Assembly: GCA_047639625.1 (NCBI GenBank)
Contig: JBLIOG010000001.1
Location: forward strand, 169 to 64,168
Origin: Gammaproteobacteria bacterium
Lineage (GTDB): Bacteria; Pseudomonadota; Gammaproteobacteria; GCA-001735895
Direction: 5' to 3'
DNA length: 64,000 nucleotides
In this document: one piece after another, positions 1 through 9,726 of the stretch
Layout: each line of letters begins with the position of its first letter
Numbering within the stretch: position 1 is the stretch's first letter
Translations under genes and position numbers: made by a program
Notes under the pieces: generated by a model
The model's database searches: none
Seen by the model: only the letters and a program-made list of their open reading frames with translations
Told to the model about the DNA's origin: nothing

Positions 1-351
1 GATCCGGGGCAATCGTTCCGTCGTGATATCCGCCAGAACGTCTTTGAAGATGCGGTTGCATCGATGCTCGAATTGTTCCCGAACTTCAAACGACTTAAGT
101 TAATGCGCCAATGGGGAGGAACTCTTGATATTGCGCATGATGCTACACCAATCGTCAGTAAAACCGAGATTCCCGGTCTCTTTGTATCGGCAGGCTGGTG
201 GGGTGGTTTTAAAGCCGTTCCTGCTGGGGGTTATACCCTGGCGCATCTGATCGCGAACAACCAACCCCACGATCTCGCCGCTGCATTTACCCTCGAACGT
301 TTTAAACGGCTTGATTTTATACTCGAAGCCGGAACGACCACGGCAACCTGA
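1..351 (+). CDS. soxB: Sarcosine oxidase beta subunit, C-terminal part (5' end outside window)
   Basis: Open frame runs from base 1 with no stop until 351. C-terminal sequence WGGTLDIAHDATPIV...GWWGGFKA is typical of the SoxB/monomeric sarcosine oxidase family. Followed directly by soxD, soxA and soxG. Confidence 0.8.
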   Translation, partial: DPGQSFRRDIRQNVFEDAVASMLELFPNFKRLKLMRQWGGTLDIAHDATPIVSKTEIPGLFVSAGWWGGFKAVPAGGYTLAHLIANNQPHDLAAAFTLERFKRLDFILEAGTTTAT

Positions 352-362
352 ATGATGTCGCT

Positions 363-623
363 ATGTTATTAATTGCATGTCCTTTTTGTGGACCGAGAAA
401 TGAGAGTGAGTTCGTTCACGGTGGGCCTGTAAAACCTCGTCGCCCCGATCAACCCGATAAAATGGGTGATCAGGAATGGGTCGAATACCTAACGGTGCCC
501 CCCAACCCAATTGGACCGGTCGATGAATATTGGTGGCATGTTCGGGGTTGTGGTAAATGGGTAAAAATCAGTCGCGATACACGGACCCACGAAATAATTG
601 CTGCACCTGGAGATGATTCATGA
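363..623 (+). CDS. soxD: Sarcosine oxidase delta subunit
   Basis: 86 aa with a CPFCGPR zinc-ribbon-like N-terminus typical of SoxD. Its end overlaps soxA by 4 bp, consistent with the soxBDAG order. Confidence 0.85.
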   Translation: MLLIACPFCGPRNESEFVHGGPVKPRRPDQPDKMGDQEWVEYLTVPPNPIGPVDEYWWHVRGCGKWVKISRDTRTHEIIAAPGDDS

Positions 624-3559
624 GCGCCCGTTATAGAAACTCAACGGGTGGTAAAATCCAACGTAACGAAGTGATTTCATTTCGTTTTAATGGAAAACGA
701 TACGATGGATTTGCGGGAGACACGCTGGCATCAGCATTACTCGCAAACGGTGTTCATTTAACAGCTCGAAGTTTTAAATATCATCGCCCACGAGGCACCA
801 TCGGCTCAGGCTATGAAGAGCCATCAGCACTGGTTGAACTGACTGGCGACGAATCCTCGGCCAATCAACCCATCACAACCGTTAAAATCAGAACCGGGCT
901 GGAAGCTCGATCCGTCAACTGCTGGCCTTCTCCAGGTTTTGACCTTATGGCCATTAACCAACTTTTTGCGCCCTTAATTCCAGCTGCTTTTTATTACAAA
1001 ACCTTCATGTGGCCAACCTGGCATCTATTCGAGCCATCCATACGCAAAGCAGCAGGACTCGCCGCAGCACCAAAGTCTGAACAACACGAAGGCCATTACG
1101 AAGTCAGGAATGCGCATTGCGACATTCTTGTGGTTGGGGCCGGTCCTGCCGGTCTGATCTCGGCTTTGTTAGCCGCAAAAAATGGATTACGCATCATCCT
1201 GGTGGATGATGGTTCTGAGCCCGGCGGCTCCCTATTAAACGAATCAACTTTAATCAATGGCAAACCGGCGTTCAACTGGATTGACTTAATGGTCGAACAA
1301 CTCGATCAACTCGACAATGTTCAACGGCTATCGAACGCAACAGCCTGGGCCTACCGCGAACAAAATCTGATCATAGTCAACGAGCGTAAACCCCAAACCA
1401 GCGGTATATTTCAACGTGGTTGGCGAGTTCGAGCTTCAAGGGTCATACTCGCTACTGGTGCGATTGAACGTAATCTGGTTTATCCCAACAATGACCGTCC
1501 AGGTATCATGCTGGCATCAGCGGTGCGTAGCTATGTAAATCGTTATGCGGTCTTGCCCGGTAAAAAAGCCGTCATCTTTACCAACAATAATAGTGCTTAT
1601 TCGTTAGCCACAGAACTAGAGTTAGCTGGTATTGAAGTAGTTGCGATAGTGGACAGTCGTTCATCGCCCAATATTGATTCGGATAGTAAAATCACCGTTT
1701 TAAAGAATCACGTCATCGAAACTACAGCTGGGCATAAACGAATTAAACGTGTTTCGATAAAAGACCTTAATAACGGTCAAAAAGCATCAATTGATTGTGA
1801 CCTGCTCTGTGTATCAGGAGGGTGGAATCCCACGCTTCACCTCTTTTCGCAGGCACGCGGCAATCTTCAATGGAATAAAAAACTAGTCTGTTTCACAGCA
1901 GGTTCGGTCGATCAACATTGTCACTGCACTGGATCGGCAGCCGGTTTTTTCAATCTGGACCAGGTCATCGAAAATGCACTGGAAACAACTCAGGAAATCA
2001 TTCAACTGGCAGGGTTTACGACAAAAGAATTGCTGGACCTTCCCGAGATTAGCCCCCAAAGTCGGTATGACATTGCAGCCCTTTGGCAAGTCGAGTGCGA
2101 AAGCAAACTACAGCGTAAAAGTTTTGTCGATATCCAAAATGATGTCACCGTTGCTGATATTCATCTGGCGCTACGCGAAGGTTTCGAGTCGGTAGAACAT
2201 GTCAAACGATATACCACTGCCGGTATGGGAATAGACCAGGGTAAAACCGGCAATCTAAACGTTATCGGTATTATCGCCAATGCCACCAGTGCCCAACCCG
2301 AAGAAATCGGCACAACAACCTTCCGTTCACCTTTTTCACCGATTGAATTCGGTTCTATTGTAGGCAGTCGAGAAGGTGTAGTTTTTCTACCCTATCGCCA
2401 TACGCAGGTAACTCAATGGCATCGCGACAAGGGCGCTACGATCTACGAATCCGGTGCAAGATGGCGACGACCCGGATTTTATCCTCGTGAAGGCGAAGCC
2501 TTTCAACAAACCGTTGACCGCGAAAGTTTGGCAGTTAGAAACCGAGTCGGAGTCTATGACGGAGCGCCTCTTGGTAAATATGAAATCAAAGGTCCGGACG
2601 CCACAAAGTTTCTTAATATGCTCTATACCAATGAATTCGGTAATTTGAAAATTAATCGTGGCCGATACGGATTGATGCTTACCGAAGACGGTAGAATTCT
2701 CGACGATGGCGTTAGTTTTAAACTCGCCGAAAATCATTACCTCATGTCAACGTCGACAGGCTATGCTGATTTAGTTAACCAGCATATGGAATATTTTCTG
2801 CAAGTTCATCGCCCCGAGTGGCAGGTGAAAATATCTACCGTAACCACGCAATGGGCGAACGCAACAATCTGTGGACCAGATGCACGTAAATTATTGGAGG
2901 CAATAGGGACCGATATAGACCTATCAGCTGATCAGTTCCCATTTATGTCGATGCGTAATGGCACGGTGGCAGGTATTCCAGCGCGTATCTGTCGGGTTAG
3001 TTTTACGGGTGAGCTAAGTTTCGAAGTTAATGTCTGGCCCCGATATTTCCGCCAACTATGGGACACCATTATCGATGTTGGAAAATCCTTTGATATTACC
3101 CCGATCGGGTCTGAAGCCAATCATGTCCTTCGAGTCGAAAAAGGGTTTCTGTCATTAGGGCATGAAGCTGATGGCGTTACCGATCCCTATGATCTGGGAA
3201 TGGACTGGATAATGTCTTCCAACAAGGATGACTACATCGGTAAAACCAGTGTCAGGATAAGACGACAGGGGGGTCATCCACGTCGCGAGCTGGTTGGCCT
3301 GATGATTGACGACCCGCAACGCATGGTCGAAGAAAATGCACCGATTACACCGGGAGGAAGACGTGAAGCATCAGAAGGGTTCGTAACCGCCTGTGTCTGG
3401 AGCGTGGTATTAAACCGCAGTATTGCACTCGCACTTCTTACCAACGGCCAAAATCGAATGGGGGGAAAAGTCTATATCCGAATGAAAGAAGATATCGTCA
3501 CAGCCACGGTCACTAAACCCTGCTTTCACGATCCTCAAGGTCAAAGGTTGAGAAGTTGA
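620..3559 (+). CDS. soxA: Sarcosine oxidase alpha subunit
   Basis: 979 aa with an N-terminal NAD/FAD GXGXXG fold (VVGAGPAGL) and a C-terminal GcvT-like aminomethyltransferase domain. Size and gene order match SoxA. Confidence 0.9.
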   Translation: MSARYRNSTGGKIQRNEVISFRFNGKRYDGFAGDTLASALLANGVHLTARSFKYHRPRGTIGSGYEEPSALVELTGDESSANQPITTVKIRTGLEARSVNCWPSPGFDLMAINQLFAPLIPAAFYYKTFMWPTWHLFEPSIRKAAGLAAAPKSEQHEGHYEVRNAHCDILVVGAGPAGLISALLAAKNGLRIILVDDGSEPGGSLLNESTLINGKPAFNWIDLMVEQLDQLDNVQRLSNATAWAYREQNLIIVNERKPQTSGIFQRGWRVRASRVILATGAIERNLVYPNNDRPGIMLASAVRSYVNRYAVLPGKKAVIFTNNNSAYSLATELELAGIEVVAIVDSRSSPNIDSDSKITVLKNHVIETTAGHKRIKRVSIKDLNNGQKASIDCDLLCVSGGWNPTLHLFSQARGNLQWNKKLVCFTAGSVDQHCHCTGSAAGFFNLDQVIENALETTQEIIQLAGFTTKELLDLPEISPQSRYDIAALWQVECESKLQRKSFVDIQNDVTVADIHLALREGFESVEHVKRYTTAGMGIDQGKTGNLNVIGIIANATSAQPEEIGTTTFRSPFSPIEFGSIVGSREGVVFLPYRHTQVTQWHRDKGATIYESGARWRRPGFYPREGEAFQQTVDRESLAVRNRVGVYDGAPLGKYEIKGPDATKFLNMLYTNEFGNLKINRGRYGLMLTEDGRILDDGVSFKLAENHYLMSTSTGYADLVNQHMEYFLQVHRPEWQVKISTVTTQWANATICGPDARKLLEAIGTDIDLSADQFPFMSMRNGTVAGIPARICRVSFTGELSFEVNVWPRYFRQLWDTIIDVGKSFDITPIGSEANHVLRVEKGFLSLGHEADGVTDPYDLGMDWIMSSNKDDYIGKTSVRIRRQGGHPRRELVGLMIDDPQRMVEENAPITPGGRREASEGFVTACVWSVVLNRSIALALLTNGQNRMGGKVYIRMKEDIVTATVTKPCFHDPQGQRLRS

Positions 3560-3560
3560 A

Positions 3561-4061
3561 ATGAGTTACGACGTCAATATTCAACGCCAGGGTATATCCA
3601 CCTTAATTGAAATTCAGGGTAAGTCCGATTCGGTTTCCGACTGGATCAGCGGATTATTTAATCATTTACCTGTGTCACCCAATACAGCCGTCAGTAAAGG
3701 TCATTCGTCAATTTATTGGCTCGCACCCGAAAAATGGTTAATTCGGGGGCCAATTGAACTGGAATCGGAGCTTCAGCAATCAGTCCGGTTAGAAACTGCA
3801 CCCATTGATATGAGTATCGTGCTTGTCAGCGATACCCTCACTTTTTTTAGCATTGAAGGCGAAGATGCCGCGCAAATCATGGCTATCGTGAGCCCACTCG
3901 ATACTCATCAAACCCAGTTCCACAAAAATGCCGGTACTTATACCGAAGCTTTCGGATTAAAGTCATTCATATTACGAAGCCGGAATGGTTTCGAAGTAGC
4001 GGTTGAGTCGAGTTTTGCGGATATGTTTGAAACTTATTTTTCTAAAATATGTGCCGATTGA
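3561..4061 (+). CDS. soxG: Sarcosine oxidase gamma subunit
   Basis: 166 aa ORF starting 2 bp after the soxA stop. Position and size fit SoxG. Confidence 0.7.
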   Translation: MSYDVNIQRQGISTLIEIQGKSDSVSDWISGLFNHLPVSPNTAVSKGHSSIYWLAPEKWLIRGPIELESELQQSVRLETAPIDMSIVLVSDTLTFFSIEGEDAAQIMAIVSPLDTHQTQFHKNAGTYTEAFGLKSFILRSRNGFEVAVESSFADMFETYFSKICAD

Positions 4062-5056
4062 GCGATCATCGCCAGGGTTTCTCCACGCTCTATCAAACCT
4101 CGATTGTTATGGGCAAAAATAACACCCGAACAGGGAAAATATAAGGGCACAGAATTACGCTCCGGTTCTTCAATAAAGTGGATAAAACCAGCAGGATCAC
4201 CCGCGTTTACTTTGTCCCCAATATTGAAATTCCGATCAAACAATCCCGCTGACGGTGCCAGATAATTCTGTTCAGGTGCATTAAATTCCACCCACTGTGA
4301 GTCAGAACTCTCTTCGGCAATCGATTGACTGATAATTCCCAAATGATGAAGGCATCGTCTAATAGCGCGCTCGGCAAAGTCTGTCATTGCTGGATCACAA
4401 CCACCACCGCCACCCAACTCAGAAGCGATCATCGATACACCGTGTCGACCCGCCGCTGCATTTACCGAACGATTGTCATTTTGGGCCCCTGCTAACCAAA
4501 CGTATGGCGCCGCAAAAGCCCCGGCTAATGCTTTGTTTCTATGACCCACTTCGGTTGAGTTATCAACGCTGGTTAAAACACAGGGTGCGAAAATTGAGGC
4601 TTTACCACCACTGTGCAAATCGATCACGGCATCGCACTGAGATATGAGTATATCTTCAATAAACTGAGCCAGCATATGCGTCGGTCCTGCATCCATATCC
4701 CCAGGAAACGCCCGATTCATGTTGACTTGATCCAGCGGCGAAACCCGACTTGAAGACATCAACGCAGGTGCGTTCAGGGCTGGAATAATCAGGACTCTAC
4801 CTTTTATCTCATCCAGACTGAGAGTCTGCACAAGACGCATAAGAGCCGCGGGACCTTCGAATTCGTCGCCATGAACTCCTCCAGTTAAAAGCAGGGTTGG
4901 GCCCTCTGCATTAGAAAGACAAATAATGGGAACCGGATAAACGCCTAATGGCCGGCGATTATCCGACCACTTAATTTGCAAATCGCCAACCTGGCGTCCT
5001 TGTTGTTCCAGGTCTATTGTCATTCTAATTCGAGTAGGTGTTGCCGTTTTTATCAT
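4034..5056 (-). CDS. Succinylglutamate desuccinylase/aspartoacylase (AstE/AspA) family deacylase
   Basis: 340 aa carrying the GGVHGDEFEG zinc-binding motif of the AstE/AspA/DoeB family. Its 3' end overlaps soxG convergently. Confidence 0.7.
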   Translation of the reverse strand: MIKTATPTRIRMTIDLEQQGRQVGDLQIKWSDNRRPLGVYPVPIICLSNAEGPTLLLTGGVHGDEFEGPAALMRLVQTLSLDEIKGRVLIIPALNAPALMSSSRVSPLDQVNMNRAFPGDMDAGPTHMLAQFIEDILISQCDAVIDLHSGGKASIFAPCVLTSVDNSTEVGHRNKALAGAFAAPYVWLAGAQNDNRSVNAAAGRHGVSMIASELGGGGGCDPAMTDFAERAIRRCLHHLGIISQSIAEESSDSQWVEFNAPEQNYLAPSAGLFDRNFNIGDKVNAGDPAGFIHFIEEPERNSVPLYFPCSGVIFAHNNRGLIERGETLAMIAQSAHILEK

Positions 5057-5083
5057 TATTTTCTCAATGAATCATTATTTAAC

Positions 5084-5298
5084 AAGGTGATTAGCAAGCA
5101 CACTCAGTTCAAGCAGAGAATTAAACATCAAAGTATTGAATTCAAATGGGTTGTATTGCCTGCTTGTTATACACTTTTCCGCACCTAAATGATCAGTGTA
5201 TTCCATAGTGACTCCTCTATGGGGTACGAAACCATTGAACATGATTACCGCGAGTGACAATTAATTGTATCCTACTGAATTGTGTTGCTAATCACCTT
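5084..5298. repeat. Repeat family 1, copy A: MITE-like element with terminal inverted repeats
   Basis: Inverted repeats AAGGTGATTAGCAAGCACAC (5084-5103) and GTGTTGCTAATCACCTT (5282-5298). The core TTTTCCGCACCYAAATGATSASTRTATTCCATAGTGACTCC is shared with the copies at 13255-13486 and 16146-16503. Encodes the small ORF MEYTDHLGAEKC... on the minus strand with a GGAG Shine-Dalgarno. Confidence 0.6.
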
Positions 5299-5373
5299 TA
5301 ATAATTGAACTTATTATTAATCACAACAAACCATAATATTCCTGGAATTGAGTTACGGTAATTCACATCATGT

Positions 5374-6516
5374 GTGATATGGTACTTTAACCCTCTTACA
5401 GACACCATGCACCGAAAAATCACCTCCATGTCAGCTTTACGCCCCAAAAAAAGTATTGAGAAAATTAAGGCACATATGCTGTTGGCAGAAACTGATCAAT
5501 ATCCAGCCCCGCGAATTTTGCTGAATTCGAACGAAAGTGCTTTTGGCCCTTCAGTTAACGCTGTCAATGCAGCGACTGCTGCGGCTGCCGATTTATTTCG
5601 ATATCTCGAAAATCCGGCATCCCGTTTAGCCCCTGCTCTGGCTCAACGTTATCAGGTTGATCAAAAACGATTAACGGTCGGCAACGGATCAGATGATTTA
5701 CTGGCACGGTTAGCAAGGGTCTATCTCGAGCCCGGAACTGAAATGATCCGCAGCAAAAATGGTTATCTCAAGGCACCAAACTATGCCTTTGCCAACGGAG
5801 CTGAGCCGATTTCGGTCGAAGACGACGACTTGAAGCCTTCGGTTGATAACATTCTGGCCGCTGTTACTGACAAAACCCGAATGGTCTATCTGGCAAATCC
5901 TGAGAACCCTGCAGGAACCTATTTGAGCGGTTCTGAAATCAGACGATTGCACCAGTCGCTTCCAGGGGAAGTTTTACTCGTACTCGACTGCGCCTATGAA
6001 GAATACGTCGATGCCGAAGATTATGAGTCAGGTCAGCTGTTAGCCAGTATCGCCGACAATGTCGTAATGACTCGAACCTTCTCAAAGATTCACGGACTCG
6101 CGGGCGCCCGGGTTGGCTGGATGCTGGCCGCACCCGAAATCATCGACCTTGTTAATCGCATCGGCTTAACCTTTCCGTTGGCGAGTTGTTCAGTGGCCGC
6201 CGCATTAGCAGCATTGAAAGATAAACATCACCAGAAAACTGTGTTTGAAATAAACCGAAAACTACGCCAGCAATTTTCAGAAAAAATGACCCATGCTGGA
6301 TTAAAGGTTTACCCAAGCCAAACCAATTTCCAGCTTTTGAAATTTGAAAACCCAGACAAAACCGCAATCGGGTGTGAAGACTATTTATTAAAGCGAGGCA
6401 TTGTTATTCGGCGATTGGCTTCTCCGGCTTATCAAGACTGCATTCGGGTAACCATTGGCCTCGAATCACAAATGAAGATAGCCACCGAAGCCATAACGAG
6501 TTATCTCAATGCATAG
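5374..6516 (+). CDS. Class I/II PLP aminotransferase (histidinol-phosphate aminotransferase-like)
   Basis: LNSNESAFGPS N-terminal motif and overall HisC-family architecture. The true start may be an internal Met (MHRK at 5407 or MSAL at 5428). Confidence 0.8.
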   Translation: MIWYFNPLTDTMHRKITSMSALRPKKSIEKIKAHMLLAETDQYPAPRILLNSNESAFGPSVNAVNAATAAAADLFRYLENPASRLAPALAQRYQVDQKRLTVGNGSDDLLARLARVYLEPGTEMIRSKNGYLKAPNYAFANGAEPISVEDDDLKPSVDNILAAVTDKTRMVYLANPENPAGTYLSGSEIRRLHQSLPGEVLLVLDCAYEEYVDAEDYESGQLLASIADNVVMTRTFSKIHGLAGARVGWMLAAPEIIDLVNRIGLTFPLASCSVAAALAALKDKHHQKTVFEINRKLRQQFSEKMTHAGLKVYPSQTNFQLLKFENPDKTAIGCEDYLLKRGIVIRRLASPAYQDCIRVTIGLESQMKIATEAITSYLNA

Positions 6517-6518
6517 CC

Positions 6519-7052
6519 ATGGACAGCACTATGCCTTCTGCTGAAATCTTGTATCCCTCCGGACCTGGCATTATTGCCGAAATCAAAAAGGCAGGCGTTG
6601 AGTTCGTTATCTCTGTCCCTGATATTGTAACCAGCGAAGGTTTACTCTGGCCCCTGTCGAAAGATAATGAATTAAATCTGGTCCGTGTTTGCAAAGAAGA
6701 TGAAGGTGTCTCGATTTGTGGTGCCATGTCCTATAACAACACACGGGCCGTGTTACTCATGCAGCAAACGGGTCTGATGGATTCGCTAAACGCAATTCGA
6801 GCCATAGGAATGGACTATCAACTCCCTATATGCATGATGGTTGGCCTACAGGGTAAAGAACCCGAGCGTAAACCCGCAGAGTCAAATGCCTACGGGGTTT
6901 GGATCATAGAGCCGGTACTAAAAGCGATGGGAATAGAATATCGTCTCATTGAAGAACCCGATGATGTTAATCACATTGCTCAAGATATCGACCGTGCCTA
7001 TCGAAATTCTTCGGTATTCTGCTTCTTAATAGGGCGGTCACCAACACCATGA
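6519..7052 (+). CDS. comD: TPP-dependent decarboxylase alpha subunit (sulfopyruvate/phosphonopyruvate decarboxylase ComD-like)
   Basis: 177 aa with a TPP pyrimidine-binding N-domain. It is 3 bp from the aminotransferase and overlaps the beta subunit by 4 bp, the split arrangement typical of ComDE. Confidence 0.65.
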   Translation: MDSTMPSAEILYPSGPGIIAEIKKAGVEFVISVPDIVTSEGLLWPLSKDNELNLVRVCKEDEGVSICGAMSYNNTRAVLLMQQTGLMDSLNAIRAIGMDYQLPICMMVGLQGKEPERKPAESNAYGVWIIEPVLKAMGIEYRLIEEPDDVNHIAQDIDRAYRNSSVFCFLIGRSPTP

Positions 7053-7612
7053 GACGCGATCATGCTCTGGAAATACTGAAACATCATGTTAGTGATGAAA
7101 TCGTCGTTGCGGTTTATCAAACATTGTTCGACTGGATGGCTATTAATCCACGCGATTTAAATTATGTCGCCACCGGCGCCATGGGTCAGGCTTCTTCGCA
7201 TGGTTTAGGGCTTGCTCTGGCTAATCCTCAAAAAGAGGTTCTGGTTTTTGACGGCGATGGAAGTTTACTGATGAACCTGGGTTCGCTGGTCAGTGTCGCC
7301 AATGCCAAACCTGCTAACTTTCATCACTTTGTATTTGTTAATCGGGTTTATGAAGTGAATGGCGCGCACCCGATACCCGGTGCTGAATCGGTTGATTTTT
7401 CAGCCATGGCATCTGCTGCTGGCTACAAACAATCGGTTTCTTTCAGTAATATCGAAACTTTCGAATCAAACATCAGCGACTTCCTCGCGACACCCGGGCC
7501 ATCATTTGCAGCATTGTATATAGAAGCCGGGGATCCCTATCCGAGGGACTACGATTATATTCACAGCGCCGAGGCGAGGGATAAGTTTAGGCTGGCACTT
7601 GCATCGAGCTGA
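7049..7612 (+). CDS. comE: TPP-dependent decarboxylase beta subunit (ComE-like)
   Basis: 187 aa with the TPP-binding motif GDGSLLMNLGSLVSV...N (GDG-X24-N). Confidence 0.7.
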   Translation: MRRDHALEILKHHVSDEIVVAVYQTLFDWMAINPRDLNYVATGAMGQASSHGLGLALANPQKEVLVFDGDGSLLMNLGSLVSVANAKPANFHHFVFVNRVYEVNGAHPIPGAESVDFSAMASAAGYKQSVSFSNIETFESNISDFLATPGPSFAALYIEAGDPYPRDYDYIHSAEARDKFRLALASS

Positions 7613-8489
7613 ATTCTGTCTCGACCAACTCCAGAAATTCGTTCGCGACCGCAGTCATTGATTTTTGACGCGACCAGATTAAACAGCCGTTAAAACCAAT
7701 ATTGAGTGAAAAAGGTGCTGAAGATACTTCTTCTCCCGACCCGAATGAAGACCCCATCGAGACAATAATTGAAACGCCCAGCCCCTGTGCGACTAATCGA
7801 CAGATGGCATCGGTTGTTCGGGCTTCATACTTCAGGCTACGATCAACACTCGATTTTTTAAAAATATCATCCACTTCAAACCGAAACTGTGAATCGGGCA
7901 TATAGGAAACAAAACTTTCACCGGCAAGATCTTCCGGAGTAACCACGGCTTTACCTTCAAGTCGATGGCCAGGCGGGAAAACACAAATCGATTCTGTGTT
8001 CGTTAAAGGGTGACTGTTAACAGACGGATTGGCCAGGTTCGCCGGCGCTATGCCGAAATCAAAATTTTGCGAGACCATCCATTCGATTGCAACGTCGGTA
8101 GACTGGATTTCCAGTGATATCATTGCGTCTGGCTGCTTCTCGGAGAATTTACGAATGAGCTGTGGCGCGATTAACGTTGAAAATGCAGGTGTTGCGATCA
8201 ATCGCAATTGCGCATGTTTGAAATTCTTGATGGCGGTCGCGGTATGTTTGATTTGCTCAAGGCCACTCAGAGCCCGTCGTACTTCTTCAACCAGTAATAA
8301 CGCTTCCGGGGTCGCTTTCAAATTTCGACCGGAACGGGTAAACAATCGAAAACCAACCTGGCTCTCCAAATCCGATATCAAACGGCTGACGGCCGGCTGC
8401 GAAATATTCAGCATTCGAGCTGATTCGGTAACCGTACCGGTCTGTACGACCGTTTTGAAGGCGTCAATCTGGCGAAAAGTAATTTTCAA
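7587..8489 (-). CDS. LysR-family transcriptional regulator
   Basis: N-terminal HTH FRQIDAFKTVVQTGTVTESARMLNISQPAVSRLISDLE plus a C-terminal substrate-binding domain. Confidence 0.85.
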   Translation of the reverse strand: MKITFRQIDAFKTVVQTGTVTESARMLNISQPAVSRLISDLESQVGFRLFTRSGRNLKATPEALLLVEEVRRALSGLEQIKHTATAIKNFKHAQLRLIATPAFSTLIAPQLIRKFSEKQPDAMISLEIQSTDVAIEWMVSQNFDFGIAPANLANPSVNSHPLTNTESICVFPPGHRLEGKAVVTPEDLAGESFVSYMPDSQFRFEVDDIFKKSSVDRSLKYEARTTDAICRLVAQGLGVSIIVSMGSSFGSGEEVSSAPFSLNIGFNGCLIWSRQKSMTAVANEFLELVETEFSSMQVPA

Positions 8490-8501
8490 ATGATTATTCC
8501 A

Positions 8502-9584
8502 TCACTCGTTCGATTTCTCAGCTTTAATCCGAGCGGCCAGTTTCTTACGAAACATTTTTGAACCAATATCAAGCCGTAAATCCAGATTACCCGAACGGTT
8601 TTTGGACATACCCCGATGAACCGCTTCAAGGATAACCCGGTCTTCTTCAAATGCACCGCGCGCACCTTCATTCAGTTTTGCACGCGTTACTTCGTTATCG
8701 CCATCGGTATTGTAATTCTGAAACCAGTGGTACCGGGTATTTTCATGATCAATTGGCGTTATGAAGTGGTAGGACCGCATTCGATAACTGCCATCGGGTA
8801 AATCATTATCATTTCCGCCATGTCCTGATGGAGCATAACTACTCATATTAATCGCGATCGACGGCATAACCGCCTCGTAATACTGAAGACGATCGACCTT
8901 ACCTGAAAACGGCAACATGTCAGCATAGTAGGGCGGTGGATCAATATCATTAATCCAACGTGATACCAACACACCCGTATCGGTATCCTCGATTTTCAGC
9001 GCCACATCGTCGGTACCGGCAGAGGCAAACGAAGACTGATGAACCCATGCGACATGCGAAGGGTCGAGTAAATTATCGACCAGGTACAGATAATGGCATC
9101 GACATTCGATCATGCCACCATCGGTTAAACCCCAATGAGGATTATCGTAATCAGGCACGGATAAAATGTGGTTTTCATCGGCCAACTCAGGATCACCCAT
9201 CCAGATCCAGATTAGCCTGTACTTTTCGATGACCGGATATTGTCGAACCCAGGCATTGCTGGGGATTTTGCACTGTGTTGGTGATTCTACACATTTCCCT
9301 TTATGATCAAACTGCATACCGTGATAACCACAATGGACGACATCTTCAATCAGCGTTCCCATCGAAAGCGGTAATTTCCGATGCGGGCAGGCATCTTCCA
9401 GCGCAACCGGAAAGCCGGTGGAATGCCGGTACAGAAGAATATCTTCACCAAGTAACCGGACGGATTGCAGGTTCTCACCTAATGCATCAGATCGAATCGC
9501 AACATACCAGGCGTTTTCGAGAAAAAGGGAATCCCGGTTAATATAATTTGGACTGATACGCGCCATAACACTCTCGCAGGACAT
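8502..9584 (-). CDS. Rieske [2Fe-2S] non-heme iron oxygenase alpha subunit, VanA-like
   Basis: Rieske motif CPHRKLPL...CGYHGMQF and a VanA-type mononuclear-iron region (DNLLDPSHVAWVH). 360 aa. Confidence 0.8.
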   Translation of the reverse strand: MSCESVMARISPNYINRDSLFLENAWYVAIRSDALGENLQSVRLLGEDILLYRHSTGFPVALEDACPHRKLPLSMGTLIEDVVHCGYHGMQFDHKGKCVESPTQCKIPSNAWVRQYPVIEKYRLIWIWMGDPELADENHILSVPDYDNPHWGLTDGGMIECRCHYLYLVDNLLDPSHVAWVHQSSFASAGTDDVALKIEDTDTGVLVSRWINDIDPPPYYADMLPFSGKVDRLQYYEAVMPSIAINMSSYAPSGHGGNDNDLPDGSYRMRSYHFITPIDHENTRYHWFQNYNTDGDNEVTRAKLNEGARGAFEEDRVILEAVHRGMSKNRSGNLDLRLDIGSKMFRKKLAARIKAEKSNE

Positions 9585-9726
9585 ATAATATTTTCTAAAC
9601 CTGGACGCATGATATCATTGACAAAGCTATAGGTGTTGCGCAAACTGAATCCATTATTGAGTGTTTTATTCAATGTTTGCTCAATAGGTTCCAAAGATAA
9701 AAAATAAATAAGGAGGGGCCTGATCT

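Noticed and set aside
1883-2737. Antisense and overlapping ORFs inside soxA (1883-2089, 1974-2195, 2387-2737, 2454-2648) and similar nested ORFs inside other long genes (e.g. 10678-10949, 12599-13139, 31182-32364, 19209-19625)
   Set aside because: They are embedded in strongly supported longer CDSs on the other strand or frame and have no homology or ribosome-binding sites. Likely spurious.
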